Shown: positions 58,484 to 64,000 of the stretch, one piece after another
How positions within the stretch are numbered: position 1 is the first letter of the stretch
How the letters are laid out: every line of letters starts with the position of its first letter
Source of the DNA: Gemmatimonadota bacterium
Lineage (GTDB): Bacteria > Gemmatimonadota > Gemmatimonadetes > Palauibacterales > Palauibacteraceae
Assembly: GCA_039584685.1 (NCBI GenBank)
Contig: JBDGXI010000002.1
Location: 4,184 to 68,183 of the forward strand
DNA length: 64,000 bases
Direction: 5' to 3'
The notes under the pieces: generated by a model
Seen by the model: only the letters and a program-made list of their open reading frames with translations
What the model was told of the DNA's origin: nothing
Database searches by the model: none
Translations under genes and position numbers: made by a program

Positions 58484-60718
58484 ATGACTGATCCACCAAC
58501 TTCGTGCGCCTGCGACGGCGATGGCGACGGCGACTGCACGATACCCGGATCCCCGAAACTGAGCGAAGGCGCTGACGGACCTGTCGTCCGGGTCGAGTTC
58601 CGGGTCGAGGACATGGATTGTTCCAGCTGTCTGGACACGATTCGCAGGGCCCTCGAAAAGCGGACCGGGATCGCCGTGGTGGAGGGCAGTCCCGTCTCGC
58701 GCCGCCTCGAGGTCGACTACGATCCTCGGCTGCTGGACGCGGAGACGATCCGGCGGGAGATCGGAGACCTGGGCTACCGGGTGCTCGTTCCGTCGGGTCG
58801 AGGAGAGACGGCGATTCGCGCGTGGTCCAGCTCGCGGGCGTATCGGACATACCTTGCTGGAATCCTGTTCCTCTCCGGGCTCGCCCTCCGCCTGGTCCTG
58901 CACGGAACCGTAGTGGATTCCCACGGGGCTCCCTCCTTGCCGGGTGGCGAGGATCTCCTGTTCGTGGCGGCAGCCATCGTGGGCTCTTTGAACTTCCTTC
59001 CTCGTGCCCTGGGCGCCCTCAGAGGGCGCGTGCTCGACATGCACGTGCTCATGCTGCTGGCCGTGATCGGCGCGGCGGCCATCGGCGAGTACATGGAGGC
59101 TGCGGCGATCGCCTTCCTTTTCTCCGTGGCCGAACTGCTGGAGGGGTTCGCTGCCGAGCGCGCGGAAGCGTCGGTTCGATCGCTGATGGAGTTGTCTCCC
59201 GACGTGGCGCGGGTCAGAAGAGAAGGGCGTGAAGTATCGGTCCGGGCGGCTGAGGTCGCCGCCGGCGATCTGGTCGTCGTAAGACCCGGCGAGAGAATTC
59301 CTGTTGATGGCGAGGTCGTCGAGGGTCACTCGGCGGTGAACGAGGCGCCGATCACCGGCGAGGCGATGCCCGCAGAGAAGGCTGGGGGGGACCACGTCTA
59401 CGCCGGGTCGATAGTGCACGAAGGGTTCCTCGTGGTTCGCAGCGGGCGGGATGCCGGAGACACGACTCTGGCGCGCATGATCCGGCTGATCGAGGAGGCG
59501 GAGCGCCGGCGTTCTCCCAGCGAGCGATTCGTGGAGCGCTTCGCACGCTACTATACTCCTGCCGTCACGGTAGGCGCCCTCCTGGTCGTAGTGATTCCAG
59601 TCGTCATCCTCGGGCAACCCTTCGCAACCTGGCTGTTACGCGGACTTACCCTCCTGGTCATCGCGTGCCCCTGCGCCCTGGTGATCTCGACCCCCGTTTC
59701 CGTGGTCAGTGCCATCACGAGCGCCGCCCGCAACGGGGTGTTGATCAAGGGAGGGGCCAGCCTCGAGCGTATGGCGGAAGTTCGGGTCGTAGCGTTTGAC
59801 AAGACGGGCACCCTCACGCACGGACGCGCGGAGGTCACCGACGTAATCCCGGTAGCCGATCTCGACCGACAGCAGGTCCTCGGATTGGCCGCGGCCGTGG
59901 AAGCCCGCTCGGAACACCCGATCGCCCGGGCCATCGTGCGGGCGGCGAATGGGGCTGGCGAGGCCTTCGAGGTCACCGAATTCGAGTCGTTCCCCGGCCA
60001 GGGAGCGAAGGCCAGGGTGGGCGGCGTGGTTCATCTCGTGGGCCGGCCCAGTCTCCAGGCTGCCGAGTCGGTGCCGGAGCTGGCGGGCCTGGCGGCCGCG
60101 GGCAAGACGCCCGTCGTCGTTCTGCGGGCTCCGGACGAGGAGCCGAGAGCCGTGATCGGGCTGCTGGGCCTGACCGATCCCCTGCGCCCTGCGGTCCCCG
60201 GCGTCATAGCGACGCTGCGCGAGCTGGGAGTGACCCGGGTGGTGGTCCTGAGCGGGGATTTGCGTCAGCCGGCCGAAGAGGCGGGCAGGGAAGCGGGAGC
60301 GGACGACGTGTGGTCCCGTCTGGATCCTGCGGCCAAGGTCGAAGCGATCGAGCGCCTCGAGAAGGAGACCGGGCGTGTGGCCATGGTGGGGGACGGGGTG
60401 AACGACGCACCGGCCCTGGCCGCCGCGTCGGTGGGCATCGCCATGGGAGCGGGCGCCTCCGACGCTGCGCTCGAGACCGCGGACATCGCCGTCATGGGGG
60501 ATGACCTGGCCCGCCTTCCGTATCTGTACAACCTGGCCCGTCGCAGTCGACGCGTGATCCGCGAGAACATTGCCACAGCGCTGGCGGTGAAACTGGTGCT
60601 GGCGGTCGGGGTCCCGCTGGGGTGGGTCTCCCTGATCGTGGCGGTCCTGGTGGGCGACATGGGGGCCTCCCTGGTCGTCACGGCGAACGCTCTTCGCCTG
60701 GCCCGGGTGCGGAACTGA
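58484..60718 (+). CDS. cadA: Heavy metal translocating P1B-2 ATPase (Zn/Cd/Pb type)
   Basis: HMA domain DMDCSSC, TGE, CPCALVIS, DKTGT, SEHP, GDGVND, TM7 Lys, TM8 GDMG. Confidence 0.93.
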   Translation: MTDPPTSCACDGDGDGDCTIPGSPKLSEGADGPVVRVEFRVEDMDCSSCLDTIRRALEKRTGIAVVEGSPVSRRLEVDYDPRLLDAETIRREIGDLGYRVLVPSGRGETAIRAWSSSRAYRTYLAGILFLSGLALRLVLHGTVVDSHGAPSLPGGEDLLFVAAAIVGSLNFLPRALGALRGRVLDMHVLMLLAVIGAAAIGEYMEAAAIAFLFSVAELLEGFAAERAEASVRSLMELSPDVARVRREGREVSVRAAEVAAGDLVVVRPGERIPVDGEVVEGHSAVNEAPITGEAMPAEKAGGDHVYAGSIVHEGFLVVRSGRDAGDTTLARMIRLIEEAERRRSPSERFVERFARYYTPAVTVGALLVVVIPVVILGQPFATWLLRGLTLLVIACPCALVISTPVSVVSAITSAARNGVLIKGGASLERMAEVRVVAFDKTGTLTHGRAEVTDVIPVADLDRQQVLGLAAAVEARSEHPIARAIVRAANGAGEAFEVTEFESFPGQGAKARVGGVVHLVGRPSLQAAESVPELAGLAAAGKTPVVVLRAPDEEPRAVIGLLGLTDPLRPAVPGVIATLRELGVTRVVVLSGDLRQPAEEAGREAGADDVWSRLDPAAKVEAIERLEKETGRVAMVGDGVNDAPALAAASVGIAMGAGASDAALETADIAVMGDDLARLPYLYNLARRSRRVIRENIATALAVKLVLAVGVPLGWVSLIVAVLVGDMGASLVVTANALRLARVRN

Positions 60719-60721
60719 GAC

Positions 60722-61420
60722 TCAACCGGGTGGTGCGGAGGACAGGGCGTAGAGGAACAGGTTGACTCCCATGCGGATCGCACGTTCGCGCAGCTCGGCC
60801 GGGTCTCCGTGGACTTCCGGGTCCTCCCAGCCGTCTCCGAGGTCGCTCTGGTAGCTGTAGAACACGGCGAGCCGGCCCTCCACGAATATGCCAAGGCCCT
60901 GTGCCGGGAGACCGTCGTGTTCGTGAATCTTGGGCAGGCCCTCGGGAAACGGGTACCGAATCCCGTACACCGGGTGATCCAGTGGCACGTCGATCAACTC
61001 TGCGTCGGGGTACAACCTCAGGATCTCACGCCTGAACGACGCGTCCAGGCCGTAGTTGTCGTCGGCGTGCAGAAACCCTCCCCCTCGCAGGTATTCGCGC
61101 AGGGTCTCGATCTCCCGGTCTGAGAGGCTGATATTTCCGTGCCCGGTCATGTAGAGGTAGGGGTAGTCTGCGAGATCCGGGTCGGTGAGACGCACCTCGG
61201 CGGGCCGATCTGATACACGCACCGAAGATCGCAGGCCGATCTCCACGAGCAGGTTGGGCAGGCTGGACGGGTTGGCATACCAGTCGCCTCCGCCCTCGTA
61301 GTGGACTCGAGCGATGGTAGGCAGCCCGTCCTGGGCCGGGGCGTCCCGAGCCAGGAACTGCGCTGCGGTCAGCGCGATCGCGACCATGCCGGATCGAAGC
61401 GAGATGGATCTACCCATCAT
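60722..61420 (-). CDS. DUF4159-like exported protein
   Basis: Signal peptide; GGDWY.NP, YMTGHG, GGFLHADDNYG, PKIHEHDG, DLGDGWED motifs. Confidence 0.85.
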   Translation of the reverse strand: MMGRSISLRSGMVAIALTAAQFLARDAPAQDGLPTIARVHYEGGGDWYANPSSLPNLLVEIGLRSSVRVSDRPAEVRLTDPDLADYPYLYMTGHGNISLSDREIETLREYLRGGGFLHADDNYGLDASFRREILRLYPDAELIDVPLDHPVYGIRYPFPEGLPKIHEHDGLPAQGLGIFVEGRLAVFYSYQSDLGDGWEDPEVHGDPAELRERAIRMGVNLFLYALSSAPPG

Positions 61421-62465
61421 CGGCCGTGCGCCTCAAAGCTGCCAGGAACCGTCCTGAGAACCACCACACGGGCATCACGAGGACGGCTCCGACATAGCCG
61501 TCGACGGCATAGTGCCAGCCCAGCATGACCGACCCGATCAGGATCAGAACCGCGAACACTCCCGCCAGGATTCCGGCCAGCCTGTTCACGCGCCAGTGTA
61601 CCACGACCATGAGCGTCGCCATCGCGACGTGCATGCTCGGCATGGCCGATATTCCCTCGTACCGAGAATCAGCTTTGCCCGAGTAGGCGTTCCACAGGTG
61701 CTCCTGGATCTCCAGGGCCAGCAGCGGTCTCGTTCGGTCGATATCTGAAAGGTGCCGCATCAAGTCGTCGTAGGTGCTCGGTTCACCAACCACGTCCAGG
61801 TAGTAGCAGGGGCCGGCGGAGGAAAACGCGACCGCCAGGAAAAGGCCGAGTACGATCCACGTAAGTCCATAGGTCAAAAAGAACTGCGCGCGCAGCGGAT
61901 CCCGTCCGTTCCACGCCTGCCAGACTATGGTCAGGATCAGCGCCGGGAACCACATCACATAGACAGTGTCCAGGAAGTCGATCATCGACGCACTGCCGAA
62001 CACGGGGGCCAGCAGCTCCCACGGGTGCCTGCCGCCGTGAAGCCAGGAGTCGAGATCCCGGAAGGCCGCATCCCAGGAGAAGGGATTAATCTCGGGGATC
62101 AGGGCCTTGTAGCTGACGAACGTCGAAGACACCAGACCCACCAGGCCGAGGAGAAGAACCGCGGGCAGCAGGGTCTGCGGCGAGAGGTTCCGTTCGGCGA
62201 AAGCCCTCCATGTATCGGGATCGAGGACGCTTCTCTTCTCGACGACCACGGAGCGAGTCGCGTGGTACACGACGAGGAAAGGCAGGTAGACCGCGACGCC
62301 CAGCAGCAGGCGAGGTGAAAAAGCGCGTAGTTGGAGCATCTGGGGGCGGCCGAGCGCCCACTCCGTGACGAGGGCGGACACGACGAAGATGGCCACGACG
62401 ACGACGAACGGAACCTGCTGCCGAAGAGCATTGCGCAGGCCGGTCGTCGCAGACCCCGTCTCCAC
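61410..62465 (-). CDS. PAP2-superfamily (Aur1/Ipt1-like) membrane phosphotransferase/phosphatase
   Basis: SSAGP, ISAMPSMH, GWHYAVDG catalytic motifs; multiple TM helices. Confidence 0.85.
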   Translation of the reverse strand: METGSATTGLRNALRQQVPFVVVVAIFVVSALVTEWALGRPQMLQLRAFSPRLLLGVAVYLPFLVVYHATRSVVVEKRSVLDPDTWRAFAERNLSPQTLLPAVLLLGLVGLVSSTFVSYKALIPEINPFSWDAAFRDLDSWLHGGRHPWELLAPVFGSASMIDFLDTVYVMWFPALILTIVWQAWNGRDPLRAQFFLTYGLTWIVLGLFLAVAFSSAGPCYYLDVVGEPSTYDDLMRHLSDIDRTRPLLALEIQEHLWNAYSGKADSRYEGISAMPSMHVAMATLMVVVHWRVNRLAGILAGVFAVLILIGSVMLGWHYAVDGYVGAVLVMPVWWFSGRFLAALRRTADDG

Positions 62466-62471
62466 CGGTGG

Positions 62472-64000
62472 CTACTTCGAACTGGCCGGGGACGCGGCCT
62501 CGAGCACGAAGGCCACCGCGACGCTGTCTGAATAGACCCGCTCCCAGTCGGCGTGCAGCTCCAGGCCCTGGGCCAGTGGCGCGTCCACCGGAATCAAAGC
62601 CCACCGCACCCCGTGCTTGTCCAGAAGCGTCTCCCAATCGGGCCTGAGTCCTCGAATCCGTACGTACTCCTGGGTGAGCTCCTCACCGTAGAAGTCCGTC
62701 TGGCCATCGATGAATACCGGTATCTCAGGCCACGCTCGGTAGAGCAGGTACCCGCCCCAGCCGAACTCGTTGTACACGGGACCGACCAGCTCGACGTCCG
62801 ATTCCAGGAGGGACTCGACGGCCGCGACAGGGAAGACCTCGCTCGAAAAACTATACACCTCCCGGCGGTCCGGCCTCAGCGCCGCCGCCGTGAGCACGAC
62901 CACGCCGACGGCTACGATAGGCCAGCCGGTCAGAGTCGCCTCGGTGCGGGATAGGCGGCGCGTCCATTCCATGAAGCGGTCGAGGGCCCGGCCGGGGCGC
63001 GTATCCTGATCGGCCAGGGCGATGGTCCACGTAGCGAGCCAGGGAAGCGCCAGGACAGCGAACAAAGGGATGTTCCGACCCGAGTGCAGCGCGAACGCCG
63101 TGAACAGCAGCCACGTGGCCAGGCCGAGCAGGTCGACCCGCGAGCGTACCAGTGCGAGGACAGCTGTACCCAGGAGCAGGACCACAAGAAACAGCTTGAT
63201 AAGAGGATCGTGAAAATCCGGTGACATATACTCTTGCGTAAAGTCGACCAACCAGTCTTCCTTGAGGTAACCCGTGGTATGGGGCCACAGCTCGAGTCCG
63301 GCGGGAGTGAGAAGCGAAGCCAGGAAGCAGAGTCCCAGCACTCCTGTGATCCACATTGCGTAGCGGGGTGAACTCTCTCCTCGCGTGCCCCGCCAGGTCA
63401 ACCACGAGTCGGCAGCGAACATGAACAGCAGTATGAAGCCGACGAGAAAACCCCCGTGCAGATTCGCCCAGACCGCCATCAATGGCGGAAGTAGCAGCAG
63501 TCTCCCGGTGCGACGATCCCTGCGTGCCTCCAGCAGGATGAACGCGAAGACTGCGACCAGCAATGTCGTGAACATGTGTGGCCGGGGATGCAGGTGCATG
63601 GCCTGCAGGGTCATGGATACGAATGCAAAGAGAAACGCCACGAAAGTCGAGACTCCCGAGCGCACCATGGTCAGGTAAACGAGCGCTACGGTGCCGCCGA
63701 ACAGGAGAGCCGTGAGCACGGCGGCGCCTGCCAGTCCCGCTGACATGTGGAATCCGGCGAAGATCGCCTCGGAAAGCCACTCAAGCGGGATGAACGGTTC
63801 CCCCTGCATGGTATGCGAGAAGAGATCCACCCTGGGAATGCTGCGAGTCTCGAGGATGTAGCTACCGACGCGTATGTGGCGCCCCGGATCCCCGTCTCCC
63901 GCGAACAGGGAGGCGCCACGCATGAACAGCGGGAAGGCGTAGGCTGCCATGACCAGCAACCCGCCAAGCGTGGGCAAAGCCCACCGAAGAAACCGGTCCG
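62472..64000 (-). CDS. Polytopic membrane protein, GT-C glycosyltransferase-like (frame open to the window edge)
   Basis: DGDPGRH first loop, HPRPHMFT, WANLHGGF, WGGYL, VFIDGQTDFYG motifs. No stop between 63977 and 64000, so the true start may lie outside the window. Confidence 0.7.
   Translation of the reverse strand, partial: DRFLRWALPTLGGLLVMAAYAFPLFMRGASLFAGDGDPGRHIRVGSYILETRSIPRVDLFSHTMQGEPFIPLEWLSEAIFAGFHMSAGLAGAAVLTALLFGGTVALVYLTMVRSGVSTFVAFLFAFVSMTLQAMHLHPRPHMFTTLLVAVFAFILLEARRDRRTGRLLLLPPLMAVWANLHGGFLVGFILLFMFAADSWLTWRGTRGESSPRYAMWITGVLGLCFLASLLTPAGLELWPHTTGYLKEDWLVDFTQEYMSPDFHDPLIKLFLVVLLLGTAVLALVRSRVDLLGLATWLLFTAFALHSGRNIPLFAVLALPWLATWTIALADQDTRPGRALDRFMEWTRRLSRTEATLTGWPIVAVGVVVLTAAALRPDRREVYSFSSEVFPVAAVESLLESDVELVGPVYNEFGWGGYLLYRAWPEIPVFIDGQTDFYGEELTQEYVRIRGLRPDWETLLDKHGVRWALIPVDAPLAQGLELHADWERVYSDSVAVAFVLEAASPASSK

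Noticed and set aside
58484-60718. ATPase as a CcoI/CtpA-like copper supplier for the adjacent oxidase
   Set aside because: It lacks the Cu-type YN and MxxSS motifs, has the P1B-2 Lys and DxG signature, and appears to have its own promoter.
1-64000. tRNA (including tRNA-Sec), rRNA, CRISPR array, integrase/transposase, prophage or defence genes
   Set aside because: Intergenic gaps are all under about 180 bp and I saw no cloverleaf, periodic repeat or mobile-element motif by eye. Small ncRNAs cannot be excluded without an Infernal/tRNAscan run.

Overview
High-GC bacterial core-genome segment, densely coded and mostly on the + strand. The gene order and protein families suggest Gemmatimonadota, which is an inference. 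In order: the 3' end of pgeF; the rimP-nusA-L7Ae-infB-DUF503-rbfA-truB-ribF and rpsO-pnp clusters; an M16 peptidase; ald; mreBCD-mrdA-rodA; accD-folC; a bacilliredoxin; hisS and proS; Nif3; a membrane Ser/Thr kinase; an MlaEFD-type MCE ABC transporter (- strand); an M14 peptidase; clpB; mce; trxA-rsmI. These are followed by a tightly coupled block of poorly understood envelope genes (DUF4175-like, exported TPR, exported Cys GATase-like, DapL-like aminotransferase, TonB/TolA-like anchor protein), then valS, an Ig-like lipoprotein, selA, gmhB, purN, purH, a caa3-type cytochrome c oxidase operon and a P1B-2 ATPase. A convergent GT-C-like / Aur1-PAP2-like / DUF4159-like operon runs off the right edge. 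I saw no rRNA, tRNA, CRISPR array or mobile element. The best candidates for an undescribed system are the 37.5-46 kb envelope module and the 60.7-64 kb membrane glyco/phospho-transfer operon. All family assignments come from motif recognition by eye, not database searches.
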